Positions 24,808 to 34,557 of a DNA stretch of 64,000 nucleotides are shown here, piece by piece. Position numbers and translations under genes: made by a program. Source of the DNA: a virus (Duplodnaviria; Caudoviricetes); the IMG/VR virus record IMGVR_UViG_3300047160_011268, positions 1,710-65,709 of that record; one strand, given 5' to 3'. The notes beneath the pieces were generated by a model. The model searched no databases, was not told the origin of the DNA, and saw nothing but the letters and a program-made list of their open reading frames with translations. Each line of letters starts with the position of its first letter. The stretch's first letter is position 1.

Positions 24808-26402
24808 ATCGCGCCCCCGCTCAAGAAGTTCTGCTTGCTGGCGGCATTTGGGCTAGGCGCTTGCCGGGTGGCGCCGCTCATCTTCCGGCCTTCGGTGCGG
24901 CCTTTGTTGATCAAGTCGTAGAGGAATTTATGGCCGTAATGATGGGCAACGTCGCGGGGGATAACGAACTCGCCGGCATTCAAGTTGGCGACGACATCGT
25001 CGGTGCGGTGGCCATGGCTGGGCGAGACGCCGTAGGGGACATGCCCGCCGCTGGTGGCATCGGGCAGGCCATGGACGTGATAATGATCAGGCACCATGCC
25101 GCCGCGGGCATAAGCGCCGGCATCAGCTCCGCCGCCCGGTGGCGGTTGCGGGCCGGGGGCCGGGGGCAGCGCCTGTTGAACTGGAATACCGCCTTGAATA
25201 CCGCCTTGAATACCGCCTTGGGAGGCGTAATTGCCGATACCGGCATCACCCATCGGCTGGCCGACTTGTGACACACCGGTATCACCACCACCCCTAATAT
25301 CGGCAAGGTGTGTGAAACCCCCACCACCATCACTTCCCACATCGCCCATTGGCTGCGGAGGCGGGGGCTGCATACTCCCCATACGACCGCCACCGCCGCG
25401 CCGCATGGCACCACGACCGCGCCGCCGAACCGAGCCGCCGCGCGCATAGCCGCCGGAAGAGCCGGTAGAGCTGGAAGTATAACCGCTGGGGCTAGAGGTG
25501 TAACCGGTATTGGTGATTGGGCCGGTATGATAGTCGCCTTGCCCGGTGGCGTTGGTGCCGCTGGTTTGCTGATACGAGCCGACACCGCCGCTGCCGGAAC
25601 CACCGCCGCCACCGGTGCCATATTCAGTTGCGCCGGTTGAGGTGCTTTGCGATGAGCTTGTGGTCGCCGTGCCCGTTGACGGCAGCTTGGCCGACATTGC
25701 CGTGTCGTACCATTTGTTGGCTGAGTTGTAGGCATTAGCCGCGGTGTTGGTTGTACTCGCTGCGGTGTTGACCGAGCCGGCATAGCCGCCATAGGCGGTG
25801 TTGGTGGCGTTGAGTGCCGACGCCGGTTCGGTCTGGCCGAACGTGATATTTTGCTCGCGTAGCTTGGCACCTTCTTGCTCGGTGGCCTGGCGGGCCTGCT
25901 GGCCGGCCCCGGCAGCCGAAGCGCCGGCAGCGGTATTGGCCGCGGCCTTGAGCTCGCCATAGACGCCCGAGCTGGGGTCGATGCCGTAGCTCTGCAGATT
26001 CTTCTTGGTATTGTCCCACTCCTTCTGCGCCGCTTGGGTAGCGCCGGCTTCGGCTTGCCCCATATTCATGGCGATGCGCGGCGCTGAGGCATAGGTCGAG
26101 GCATATTGGTTGAAGGCCGCCTGGGCCGGCTCATAGAGCTGTTGATATTGCTTATAGAGCGACTTGCCGAGACCGGAGGCATAGCCGGCCCCAGTCAGGT
26201 AGTCATGAACCGCGGTGTTGTTGACGCCTTTGAGATAATCATACTGGCCGGTGGCCCAGTTATATTGCTTGGCACCATAATTGCCGGCGGTCTTGGCCAG
26301 CGACAACTCATAGTCACTGGTCGGGGTATAGAGAACGGTCGGCGTCCCGGTCGAGGTCGACGTCGTCGAGGATTTTGATGGGGTTAGGGTTGTCTCGGCC
26401 AT
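24804..26402 (-). CDS. ejection/pilot-type virion protein
   Basis: Ala/Thr/Gln-rich helical N-half; YARGGxV twice; C-terminal TDDVVANLNAGEFVI motif. Confidence 0.7.
   Translation of the reverse strand: MAETTLTPSKSSTTSTSTGTPTVLYTPTSDYELSLAKTAGNYGAKQYNWATGQYDYLKGVNNTAVHDYLTGAGYASGLGKSLYKQYQQLYEPAQAAFNQYASTYASAPRIAMNMGQAEAGATQAAQKEWDNTKKNLQSYGIDPSSGVYGELKAAANTAAGASAAGAGQQARQATEQEGAKLREQNITFGQTEPASALNATNTAYGGYAGSVNTAASTTNTAANAYNSANKWYDTAMSAKLPSTGTATTSSSQSTSTGATEYGTGGGGGSGSGGVGSYQQTSGTNATGQGDYHTGPITNTGYTSSPSGYTSSSTGSSGGYARGGSVRRRGRGAMRRGGGGRMGSMQPPPPQPMGDVGSDGGGGFTHLADIRGGGDTGVSQVGQPMGDAGIGNYASQGGIQGGIQGGIPVQQALPPAPGPQPPPGGGADAGAYARGGMVPDHYHVHGLPDATSGGHVPYGVSPSHGHRTDDVVANLNAGEFVIPRDVAHHYGHKFLYDLINKGRTEGRKMSGATRQAPSPNAASKQNFLSGGAI
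25185..25220. repeat. 12-bp tandem repeat x3 (AATACCGCCTTG)
   Basis: Three exact copies encoding QGGI repeats. Confidence 0.85.
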
Positions 26403-26426
26403 GCGCAAAACTTAAGCCGGGAGACG

Positions 26427-26442
26427 TTTAGAAGCCGTTAAC
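26427..26442. promoter_or_regulatory. CtrA-like box
   Basis: TTTA-N7-TTAAC in the gap upstream of the ejection genes. Confidence 0.5.
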
Positions 26443-27663
26443 TTATGAGAAGCTGAAATTGCCCACCCGAATATCGTTGTTGGGGTCGCTCGAGCCGAGC
26501 TCCGCGGCGAAAGGTTTGAAAGTATTGCCTTGATCTAAGGATATAAAAAGTTGGCCGCCGTCGGTTAAGAAGACCATGCCGCCTTTGGCGCAGCCAGATA
26601 AATTTTGGCCGCCGTTACCACCTCCCAAGCCGGCAGGGACATTAACGCCGGCAAAGCGGGCATTGGTAGGTGTGCCCGTCATTTTGAGTAACCCTTTTCC
26701 TTTCGGGCCTGAACCGCCGATCTTCATGGTTTGCCCTGGGCCGTTGACGGCGACATACTTCACCTTGTCGCTAATCTGCAGGTGCGAACGTTCATTAGAA
26801 TAAGAAATATTGGCGTCGTTGACATGGGCGCCGTCGGGCCAATCCGGTAGCGGAAAGGTCGTCACCGCTGCCCCCTGACCAGCCACAGCAGTAAAACTGC
26901 CGGCAAAATCGACGCCGGTTTTCGACGAGCAAAACGCCTGCGATGTACCACCAAGATCGGAAACATAAGAGACGGTAGCGTAAAATGTTTGCAATTTGGG
27001 GTCGAAAGCCAACGCTGTCACACTGCCGTTGGTCGTCGAATAGATCTCTGTCGGCGGATCGGTTGGGATAACCGACAATGTTCCGTCGGATGTCGGTAAC
27101 GTTGGGCATGATCCCGTGCTCCAGGTCTTACCGAAATCGTTGGAGTGGAAAATAACAGGGATCTCGACGATAGTTTGGCTGTTGTTGCTGTCCTGAGTAG
27201 CACTTTCTATGCGAAACCCGCCAATGACAAAAATATCTTGTTGGCCTAGCTTACCGTGAATGCCCACATAGGCTAGGCCGCCACCCTGATCCCCCGCTGC
27301 GGCATCAGGACCTAGCTCCGTGTCGCCCATATTAAGAGGATCTTTGACTAATTCGTTGCCGCCACCCGTGGTGAAGATCTTGGGATGAAATTGGCGGATG
27401 CCTGTCGTCGAGACACCGGCCCCGACATTGATCGGGCCGCCGCCACCGAGAATGCCGGTTAAGACTAGCGGCACAGGGGTGAGAGCACCGCCACCGCCGG
27501 CAAACAACAATCTGCCGGTGCCCCAACCGACGCCGATGATAGTCTGCATGAGGCCGACCGGACGGTAGCGGTCATCGGACAGCGTCGGCATACCCGGCGT
27601 TGCCGGTTGGCTGTCGACTTTCCGGTCATAGGCGTCCGGGCCAACACCCTTTATCGTGACCAT
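26443..27663 (-). CDS. tail-associated protein with Asp-box (BNR)-like motifs
   Basis: SNDFGKTW and SLDQGNTF; beta-rich composition. Confidence 0.55.
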   Translation of the reverse strand: MVTIKGVGPDAYDRKVDSQPATPGMPTLSDDRYRPVGLMQTIIGVGWGTGRLLFAGGGGALTPVPLVLTGILGGGGPINVGAGVSTTGIRQFHPKIFTTGGGNELVKDPLNMGDTELGPDAAAGDQGGGLAYVGIHGKLGQQDIFVIGGFRIESATQDSNNSQTIVEIPVIFHSNDFGKTWSTGSCPTLPTSDGTLSVIPTDPPTEIYSTTNGSVTALAFDPKLQTFYATVSYVSDLGGTSQAFCSSKTGVDFAGSFTAVAGQGAAVTTFPLPDWPDGAHVNDANISYSNERSHLQISDKVKYVAVNGPGQTMKIGGSGPKGKGLLKMTGTPTNARFAGVNVPAGLGGGNGGQNLSGCAKGGMVFLTDGGQLFISLDQGNTFKPFAAELGSSDPNNDIRVGNFSFS

Positions 27664-28103
27664 GTTAGGGTTTCGCCGGTGGCGCTATTGGTGAAGACCA
27701 GTTTGTTGATGCGCCGGAAAGTGACATATTGCGAATCGTCATCGGGGTTGACGATCTTGACCCTTTCCTGGACCCGCTTGGTCTCTCGCCATTTGCCTTC
27801 TTTGCTCGCCTTATTCTGGGTTTTGTCCTGTGTATTATTGCCGTAGCCCCCGCCGGTAAGGTAACTAGGGCCGCCGGCAGAGCCGCTGTAGCTGCCGCCC
27901 GGTAATGTTGCCGGATTGGTGGTCGTGGTGTTGGTCAGCGTGGTCAAGGTCTGCTGGATTTGCTGGATCGCCGTGGTGATGCTGGTCGGGTCGGTCACAC
28001 TGACGGGGATAAAACTGCCCAGCGGCGTGACCTTGGGGGTGAATTTTGGCTGGTCCGCCTTGGCATTGCAGACGGGGGCGACACCGGTGTTGACGAGCGC
28101 CAT
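27651..28103 (-). CDS. hypothetical tail-module protein
   Basis: 150-aa ORF abutting the nozzle gene. Confidence 0.6.
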   Translation of the reverse strand: MALVNTGVAPVCNAKADQPKFTPKVTPLGSFIPVSVTDPTSITTAIQQIQQTLTTLTNTTTTNPATLPGGSYSGSAGGPSYLTGGGYGNNTQDKTQNKASKEGKWRETKRVQERVKIVNPDDDSQYVTFRRINKLVFTNSATGETLTWSR

Positions 28104-30920
28104 TTAGATCTCCCGCAATTCAGCAATACTGGTGGCCAATTGCATGTTGGAGATCGTCACCCGGCTCAAGACCTCGACCTGCCAACTCTCGGCCTTGTAG
28201 CCGTCGGGCAATCGCATCAATTGACCGTTGGACCGTAGCTCACGCGCCATGACCAGGACCATGTTGCCGGAATGGGACCCGTCGTCAGGATCGGCCCAGA
28301 TCTTGATGATGGCCCATTGCCCCGGTGCCAATGAATTCCAAGATGCATCATAAGCCGGCATGGTGTTGACATCGGGGTTCTGCGGCGGCGTCCCGGGCGG
28401 CACGGTGCAGAAGGTACGGATCGCCGAGAAGTTCTTCTTCGACAGTTCGCGGTATTTCTTGCTCTTCCAGTTATAGACTTGCAGGGCCGGTGTGTCGTTG
28501 GTGAAGTCGTACCAATACAATTGGCCGTTCATCAGCATGATCGCCTGGCCGGTCCAGGGATCGATATAGAGATTGTCGACGTTATAGCCGAGCGGCGACG
28601 TCATCGGCATAAAGCCGAGCCGGTGGCCCCCAGGTTGCGGCCAGACCGTGAAGCTGTCTTGATCATCGCTGTCCATGGCGATGTTGAAGCCGACTTGCGC
28701 GACGGATGTATCAGCGCCGCTAGTAGTACCCCAGCAGAAATAGGTTGTCGCGAGTGCGACCGCCCGCGTATTCTTCGTCGGCACCAGATCATTCCAGTCT
28801 TCCTTCTTGATCCAGCTTTGGGTGATGTTACGCAGTTGTCCCGAGCTTGGTACCTTGATCAGGCCATTAGGGGAAATATAGAACACGCCGCCCTCGAGGC
28901 CGACGATCGAACCGCGCGAGGTGCAAGGCTCCGGCTTGGTGCATTTGAACACCGTCATCGAGCCCGGCACCGTGCCGGTAATGACATAGGAATAGGCCGA
29001 GGTGCAGACCACGACGGCACCGATGGTGATGCCGACGCCGATCACCGGGAAATCGACGGTAATGATGTTGCCCGGCGGCCAGGCATGTGGATAATACGGT
29101 TCGCAGAACCACACTTCGTTGTTGCGCCAGGCCACCATGTTGCCGTTGGGCATGTTGAGAATGCCCTGCAGATCTTCACCGGGTGGGAAGAAGTTGGTGC
29201 TGGGCAATTGGGTCTGCAGCGCAATGGTGTCGTCAAGCGTCTTGTCGCTGTAAGTCTTGCGCGGCGACAGGCAGCCAGTATCGGCGGCGACGAACTTGAC
29301 GGCGTCGGGGTCGGTCGAGCCCAGCGAGATGTCGGCAACTTGATAATAAGTCGTCAAGCCGGTGTCACCGGTAACGGTGCGATAGAGGCGCAAGACGGCA
29401 AGGTTGCGCACATTGCCGAGATCATCCGCCGGCGGGTTGAACAAGCCGATCGACCAGGTGGCGTTGGTCCAGCCATTGACCGTGGTGTAAGGCGACGGCG
29501 CCGACTCTTCGCCATAGGCCGAGATCCAAGTGTAAACATACGAGCGCGCCTCGATGACGTCCTGGGTCAGATAGTCGGCCCAGATCTGGATATTATAATT
29601 GCCGGTCGTGACCGCCGGGGCATTGGCCGGGAAGCCGTTAGAGAAGGTGTTGATGAAATACACGGTCTGGTATTTGCCGTCGCCGGCGTTGAAATTGATA
29701 GCGGCGTCCGCCATCAAGCCGATCCAATACGGCACCTCGGAGTTTAAGGTCGGCGGGTTGGTGAAGTTGCCGGTCGACTGAGTGCCGGCAGTGACGCCGG
29801 TATAAATATCCGAAGCGTCGAGATACTCGCCCGGCGTCGACGGCGTGATGCTCTGGCCTTGATTGGTGTCCTGATAGACCACCACCTGCCAATTGGCATA
29901 AGCGTTGGTGACTTCCGGGATAAAGGCAATGTCACTCAATAGAATGGTGGCTTTGGGGACGATCGGGATCAGGTAGACGACGTTGGCGGACCACCAGATG
30001 GTGCCGCCGATGGTAGTGGTGATGCCAAGGGTGCCGGTGTCGCCGCCGCCACTGACACTGACGCCTGGCGCGCAAGCCGGCGGGTTAATGCCGAGGTCGA
30101 ACGCACCAGCACCGCTGTTAATGCGGTTCGTAGTGTTGTACATAGGCTGCACGGAGGGGCTGGCGAAGTAGAAGCGTTTGAATTGGTCATTGACCACCTG
30201 CGATTTGGCGACTGTGGTGTCGGGGTCGAGAAACTCGATGTAGCTCGACGCCGCGGTAATGGTCGAGTCGAAGCTGGGGTTGACGCCGCCGAGGAAAGTC
30301 GTGGTCGGCGCGATCGCGGTCGGGCTTGAGGACCACGTGAGATTGGCCGAGTTCTCGCGCACCGGCGTCGAGTTGTAGGCGGCGCCATAGTCCGGGGCGA
30401 TCACCTGCACCGCTTGCAAACCCGTGACGGTGACAACGCCGTTGTTATAGCCCGGGATCTGGTTGTAGGTGGCGATCGCCGGGTTGACGAAGGTATTCTT
30501 GCCGTAGGTGATGCCCTGATTGGTGCCGTTACCGCGATCGAATGTCAAAGCATTGAGCAAGTTGACGGCCGAGGCATTGGTGGAGGCGCCGATCAGGACA
30601 TCGAATGCCGCGTTGGCGGTACTCATGGTCGTGCGCCAGGTATAGGTCATCTCGCCGAGCGAGACGGTGTCGCCGGCTGCCGGCTGCGTCTGGAACACCA
30701 GATAAGCTGTGGCGACGGCTTGCACCACGACGGGCAGGCGGAAGGCATACTTTGCTGCCGAGTTGGTGAGTTGACGCAACAGCGTCGGTACTCGCCAGCC
30801 CGCCAGCGAACCGGTGAACAAATAGGCGTTGGATGCTTTAGTTGCTTGGCCGTCCGGCACCAGATGCGGCGCCCACGCCGGCAACATCCCGCCAAACTTC
30901 TCGAGCTTCTGTGCCGTCAT
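28104..30920 (-). CDS. tail tubular / nozzle protein (podovirus-type)
   Basis: N-terminal FGGMLP..A..A.N; YVYTWISAYGEESAPSP; beta-propeller-like C-half; 938 aa. Confidence 0.75.
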   Translation of the reverse strand: MTAQKLEKFGGMLPAWAPHLVPDGQATKASNAYLFTGSLAGWRVPTLLRQLTNSAAKYAFRLPVVVQAVATAYLVFQTQPAAGDTVSLGEMTYTWRTTMSTANAAFDVLIGASTNASAVNLLNALTFDRGNGTNQGITYGKNTFVNPAIATYNQIPGYNNGVVTVTGLQAVQVIAPDYGAAYNSTPVRENSANLTWSSSPTAIAPTTTFLGGVNPSFDSTITAASSYIEFLDPDTTVAKSQVVNDQFKRFYFASPSVQPMYNTTNRINSGAGAFDLGINPPACAPGVSVSGGGDTGTLGITTTIGGTIWWSANVVYLIPIVPKATILLSDIAFIPEVTNAYANWQVVVYQDTNQGQSITPSTPGEYLDASDIYTGVTAGTQSTGNFTNPPTLNSEVPYWIGLMADAAINFNAGDGKYQTVYFINTFSNGFPANAPAVTTGNYNIQIWADYLTQDVIEARSYVYTWISAYGEESAPSPYTTVNGWTNATWSIGLFNPPADDLGNVRNLAVLRLYRTVTGDTGLTTYYQVADISLGSTDPDAVKFVAADTGCLSPRKTYSDKTLDDTIALQTQLPSTNFFPPGEDLQGILNMPNGNMVAWRNNEVWFCEPYYPHAWPPGNIITVDFPVIGVGITIGAVVVCTSAYSYVITGTVPGSMTVFKCTKPEPCTSRGSIVGLEGGVFYISPNGLIKVPSSGQLRNITQSWIKKEDWNDLVPTKNTRAVALATTYFCWGTTSGADTSVAQVGFNIAMDSDDQDSFTVWPQPGGHRLGFMPMTSPLGYNVDNLYIDPWTGQAIMLMNGQLYWYDFTNDTPALQVYNWKSKKYRELSKKNFSAIRTFCTVPPGTPPQNPDVNTMPAYDASWNSLAPGQWAIIKIWADPDDGSHSGNMVLVMARELRSNGQLMRLPDGYKAESWQVEVLSRVTISNMQLATSIAELREI

Positions 30921-31462
30921 CTTACCGGTTGGTCCTGTATCACCAGATTCTTATCGAGTCCGCCTTTCTCATGCAGATACTCGCCGGGGCGAAAGACCGG
31001 CGTGTTACTTCCTGCAGCCTGAATCTCCTTGGCAGTCGGCAGCGGGCGATGTTGTTGCTGCTCGGCCCAATAGGCCGAGGTCTTGGCGCCCATCTCCATT
31101 TCCCGCTTGGTCTGCTCGGTGATCGCCGCCGGCACCGGTTGCGGCGGGGGCGGTGGGGCTTCTTCCTGCTTCCTTACCGCGAGAACAGCGGCCTCGAACT
31201 CGGCCTTGATGCGGTCCTGATGCTCCTCGTCGGTCTCGCCCTTTTTCTTCTCCGACGATCGCGACCAGATCTCCTGCTTGTCGCGAGCCTCGGCGGCAAG
31301 CTTGTGCCGCAGCGCGATCGCCTCGGCCACCGCATCGGCATAGTCGGGGATGGTGACGTCGTCGAGCGGGATGCTAACGGGGTCGTCCGGGCTTACGGTC
31401 GCGTTGGGCTCTGGCGGCGCCGTTTCGCTTGGGGCTGCCTTTGGGGGAAGGTTTCGTGCCAT
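30917..31462 (-). CDS. hypothetical protein
   Basis: 181 aa, charged and Pro-rich; ATGA overlap with the nozzle gene. Confidence 0.6.
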   Translation of the reverse strand: MARNLPPKAAPSETAPPEPNATVSPDDPVSIPLDDVTIPDYADAVAEAIALRHKLAAEARDKQEIWSRSSEKKKGETDEEHQDRIKAEFEAAVLAVRKQEEAPPPPPQPVPAAITEQTKREMEMGAKTSAYWAEQQQHRPLPTAKEIQAAGSNTPVFRPGEYLHEKGGLDKNLVIQDQPVR

Positions 31463-31523
31463 TCTTAGCTCCTGGCGTTGCGGGCAATTGCGCCCGTGCA
31501 GCTCCAGTAGTAAGTGATGGACG

Positions 31524-31546
31524 TTTAGGCATTGTTAAGATGTCAA
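31524..31546 (-). promoter_or_regulatory. TTGACA with adjacent CtrA-like box
   Basis: Minus strand reads TTGACA-TC-TTAA-N7-TAAA in the ~100-bp gap. Confidence 0.5.
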
Positions 31547-31560
31547 CCTCGGTAGCTCTG

Positions 31561-31788
31561 TCATTTTTTCCCCATGTCTGGATACTTCGCATGAACTTTC
31601 GCGCGTACTCGCGCCTTCTCCGCGCTTGAGCCGTGCTGAGACACACGTGACAGTGCGTTCGCAGCGTGAGATCGGTCAGGGATGGGATAGGAGCCCGCGC
31701 CCTTACCACCTTTGCCTTCGCCTTTGCCGGGAAGGGCGAACGAGGACGACGGCAGCTTTTGCCGGTCCTTGGATGTGAGTTTAGCCAT
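31561..31788 (-). CDS. small basic phage protein (DUF6582-like)
   Basis: RQKLPSSSFALP..YPIPDRSHAANALSRV. Confidence 0.75.
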   Translation of the reverse strand: MAKLTSKDRQKLPSSSFALPGKGEGKGGKGAGSYPIPDRSHAANALSRVSQHGSSAEKARVRAKVHAKYPDMGKK

Positions 31789-31793
31789 ACCAC

Positions 31794-31988
31794 TTACTCC
31801 TCAATCACGATCATGCCTTTGTGATCGTAATGATTGCAGCACCAATACGCGGACAGCATGCGTCCCTTCAGCCGCGGATGGGGGTTGGTGCATTTACCCT
31901 GATCTTCAGACTCGCGGTCGTAGTAACCGCAAGTCCCGCAGCGAAACTCCACGTCGGGCATATTCATCGCCAAGCCGACGTCTTTCAC
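31794..31988 (-). CDS. small Cys-rich protein with HiPIP-like spacing
   Basis: CGTCGYY...C...WCC; GTG start overlaps the endolysin stop. Confidence 0.55.
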   Translation of the reverse strand: MKDVGLAMNMPDVEFRCGTCGYYDRESEDQGKCTNPHPRLKGRMLSAYWCCNHYDHKGMIVIEE

Positions 31989-33559
31989 ACGATATCCCTC
32001 TCATAGACCCCGTCGATATAAGCCTGCACCTCGCGCAGCATGACATCGGCATCCTTGCGCAACTCCGTCTCCTTGCGGATGATCGGCCCGTAATGGTTGG
32101 CCAAATTACGCAAGGTCAGGCCGCAGCTTTCAACCGCGAACGCCGGACAGCTCTTGCACAGCTCTTGGAATTCATAACCGTTGCCGGAGCCATAGCAGGC
32201 CCACTCGTCGCTCGAGCAGCTGACATTGTCGTCAAACTGACTAAGATAACAAGCCGCCTTATTGGCCGGGTTGGAGTACTCATCCATTAAATTATTGAAC
32301 TCGGGGTCGCTGGCGGCATGGGCGTTGTACGAAGTTTGGAATAGGCCGGCTTCGGCAGTATCTGACTGCACATTGGAAGCGGAGAGATCCCTCCCTTCGC
32401 AGTGGCGCCCTGAACTTTCTCTCATGCCGTGGCCTAGCATCAGGGCGTATAGGTGGCGAAGCGTGTCCGCCCCCGAAGTCTCGTTGCTCATGCCGAAATT
32501 GTCGAAATTGGACCGATAGACGTTCAGGGCGTCTTTATCCGAACTGGTACGCGCCTTCGCCATGTCGATGGCCGCAGGGTGCCCCTGGTTGAGCTTACGG
32601 TAAGTTTGCGCAAAGGCGAGCGCCATGCCTTGGGTATAGCCGATCGGTGCTTTGCCGCGGTCCTGCCAATAATACGAGGCAATCGGGCTCTTCCCGGCGA
32701 TGCCGCAAATAGTCGAGATGTCGACCTGAGTCAACGCATGCGGCGGTAGCGGCAACGCCTCCTTGCCCTCATATAACGCGCTCCAGGTCTGCGGGCCGGC
32801 AATGCCGTCGACCATCAGGCCGCGGCTGGCCTGGTATGACCAAGTCGCATTCTCGGTCAACGGCCCGAAGTCCTCGTCGACCACCAGCCCGGGTTCGAGC
32901 TCGGTGCCGTTGAGCATGGTCTGCAGATCGCCGACATCAAGGCCTTCGTCGCCGAGGCCGATCGTCGGCCGGTCTTCCAGCGGGATCTCATAGGGGTCGT
33001 CGGGATGATCCGGCTCGTCGGGCTCGTCCGGCTCTTCAATCCCGGTAATCGCTGTAGCTATACTGTCGCAAATTGCCTCAAAGTACTTATTGTACAGGTT
33101 TGAATCATTAGTATTATCGCAAAAACAGACTTCATCAAGTATAGCCGGCTCATGGGTGGAGTTGAGGAAGAATAAATCGGTCCTTTTCTTTGGCCCTCTA
33201 TTAGAAAAATGCCCAGATTCAGCAACGGCATCGGCGACTTTATCAGCCAATTCTTGTTGCGTCAAGTATAAACATTCGGTGCCATGAGCAGAACCGTCGT
33301 AGGCGTTGAAATGAATACTGACGTCGAGGTCCCTAGACTTGCTGTTGTGCCAATTAACGATGGTATTTAGGTTGGTTGACTGGTCGTGGGAAGTATTATC
33401 GTGGAAGGTATAGACTTCAATACCACGATGACGTAGATCATCAGCAACTTGTTCGACGACTCGTCTTGCTTCGTCGACTTCGTCCAATTGTGGCGGTACG
33501 GGGGAGCCAGAAGCTCCTCGGATATACTTGCCATGTCCAGAAGAAATCGCGACCCTCAT
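31985..33559 (-). CDS. modular endolysin: amidase_3, peptidoglycan-binding domain, putative lysozyme-like domain
   Basis: SSGHG, EVDE, SIHFNA, ILDEVCF; DFGPLTENATWSYQASRGLMVDGIAGPQTW; MRESSG...AGLFQ. Confidence 0.9.
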   Translation of the reverse strand: MRVAISSGHGKYIRGASGSPVPPQLDEVDEARRVVEQVADDLRHRGIEVYTFHDNTSHDQSTNLNTIVNWHNSKSRDLDVSIHFNAYDGSAHGTECLYLTQQELADKVADAVAESGHFSNRGPKKRTDLFFLNSTHEPAILDEVCFCDNTNDSNLYNKYFEAICDSIATAITGIEEPDEPDEPDHPDDPYEIPLEDRPTIGLGDEGLDVGDLQTMLNGTELEPGLVVDEDFGPLTENATWSYQASRGLMVDGIAGPQTWSALYEGKEALPLPPHALTQVDISTICGIAGKSPIASYYWQDRGKAPIGYTQGMALAFAQTYRKLNQGHPAAIDMAKARTSSDKDALNVYRSNFDNFGMSNETSGADTLRHLYALMLGHGMRESSGRHCEGRDLSASNVQSDTAEAGLFQTSYNAHAASDPEFNNLMDEYSNPANKAACYLSQFDDNVSCSSDEWACYGSGNGYEFQELCKSCPAFAVESCGLTLRNLANHYGPIIRKETELRKDADVMLREVQAYIDGVYERDIV

Positions 33560-33732
33560 TTTACAACACACTTTTCGATTGTGGTCTTCAAGACTTCGTG
33601 TATTTCTTTCCTATTCGTCGCCACCCCACTATAGATGAAATACATAAATACGAAGGACAGCACGATCAAGGCCAAGGTTAACGGCTGGGCTTTGAGCGCA
33701 TCAACGATTGCAGTAGCTCTGCCTTCGGTCAT
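33556..33732 (-). CDS. putative holin (single TM, below the ORF-track cutoff)
   Basis: MTEGRATAIVDALKAQPLTLALIVLSFVFMYFIYSGVATNRKE..., 58 aa; stop overlaps the endolysin ATG. Confidence 0.55.
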   Translation of the reverse strand: MTEGRATAIVDALKAQPLTLALIVLSFVFMYFIYSGVATNRKEIHEVLKTTIEKCVVK

Positions 33733-33971
33733 TTATCGGTTCCTTCGATCTTCCTCTGAATCGTATCGCAAGTTTCCAATGTCCCTACCAGTCGGCTATT
33801 GGCCATGATCACCAGGCATTTCACATTAGGGCCGAAATGCCCCTCGCTGCCGGCACGCGGCTCGCGGATGCTGGAGATTTCATCCACATTAAGCAGGATG
33901 CGCTGATTATCCGGCCCTTGGACTAGGATCAGATGCAGTGCCGCCAATATGGCCTTGACCGTCAGCATCAT
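33729..33971 (-). CDS. hypothetical protein
   Basis: 80 aa, coupled on both sides. Confidence 0.65.
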   Translation of the reverse strand: MMLTVKAILAALHLILVQGPDNQRILLNVDEISSIREPRAGSEGHFGPNVKCLVIMANSRLVGTLETCDTIQRKIEGTDK

Positions 33972-34276
33972 GCCGCCCCCGGCGCAATAATGGTTACATT
34001 GAGCAGGTCATTGATGGTCTGCCCGAACGTATCCGTAGCTATCACGTTTAAAGTAAACGCTTCGTTTACCGTTGGGCCGCAGTTCAATTGGATAAACGCC
34101 ACCTTTTCGCTGGGGTCGAGCTTGATCGGCCCGACGGTGGAGGCAACCCCGGCGGTGGGGGTGATATTGGCGGTGACGGCGCCCAGCACATAGCCGGGGA
34201 ACAGCCAGTCGCAATAATTGACGCGGATGACGCGCACGTCATTGGTGGCATATTTACGGGTTCCTAACAGCATCAC
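33968..34276 (-). CDS. fibre-tail adaptor-like protein
   Basis: Beta-rich 102 aa; resembles the N-terminal domain of the large fibre gene. Confidence 0.6.
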   Translation of the reverse strand: MMLLGTRKYATNDVRVIRVNYCDWLFPGYVLGAVTANITPTAGVASTVGPIKLDPSEKVAFIQLNCGPTVNEAFTLNVIATDTFGQTINDLLNVTIIAPGAA

Positions 34277-34557
34277 TGCCTCTCGATCTCGGGATTGTCG
34301 GCCAGGCGGTCGACTTCAGGATTATCAGCCGGGCGGTTAAGGGCCGGATAACGGTCTGCCTGACGATCGATGCAATCATCGTCAGGGCGGCGGATCAACT
34401 CCGGATCGCCGGCTTTGATGCAGGGGAGGATGGTATTGAGGCAGTCAAAGGCGGCCTCGAGCCTATAACTAGCTAGGTAAATGTTATCATTAAGCCGGTC
34501 AAAGCTCTGCGGGCCGCCGCGGAAGAACAGATCAGGTTCCGATGGAACGATACTCAT
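34273..34557 (-). CDS. hypothetical protein with RxADxP repeats
   Basis: RQADRYP, RPADNP, RLADNP repeats at the C-terminus. Confidence 0.55.
   Translation of the reverse strand: MSIVPSEPDLFFRGGPQSFDRLNDNIYLASYRLEAAFDCLNTILPCIKAGDPELIRRPDDDCIDRQADRYPALNRPADNPEVDRLADNPEIERQ

Noticed and set aside
28479-29747. Long + strand ORFs opposite late genes (also 22373-22894, 40005-40634 and similar)
   Set aside because: Shadow ORFs of GC-rich or Gly/Pro-repeat coding sequence, with no motifs or RBS
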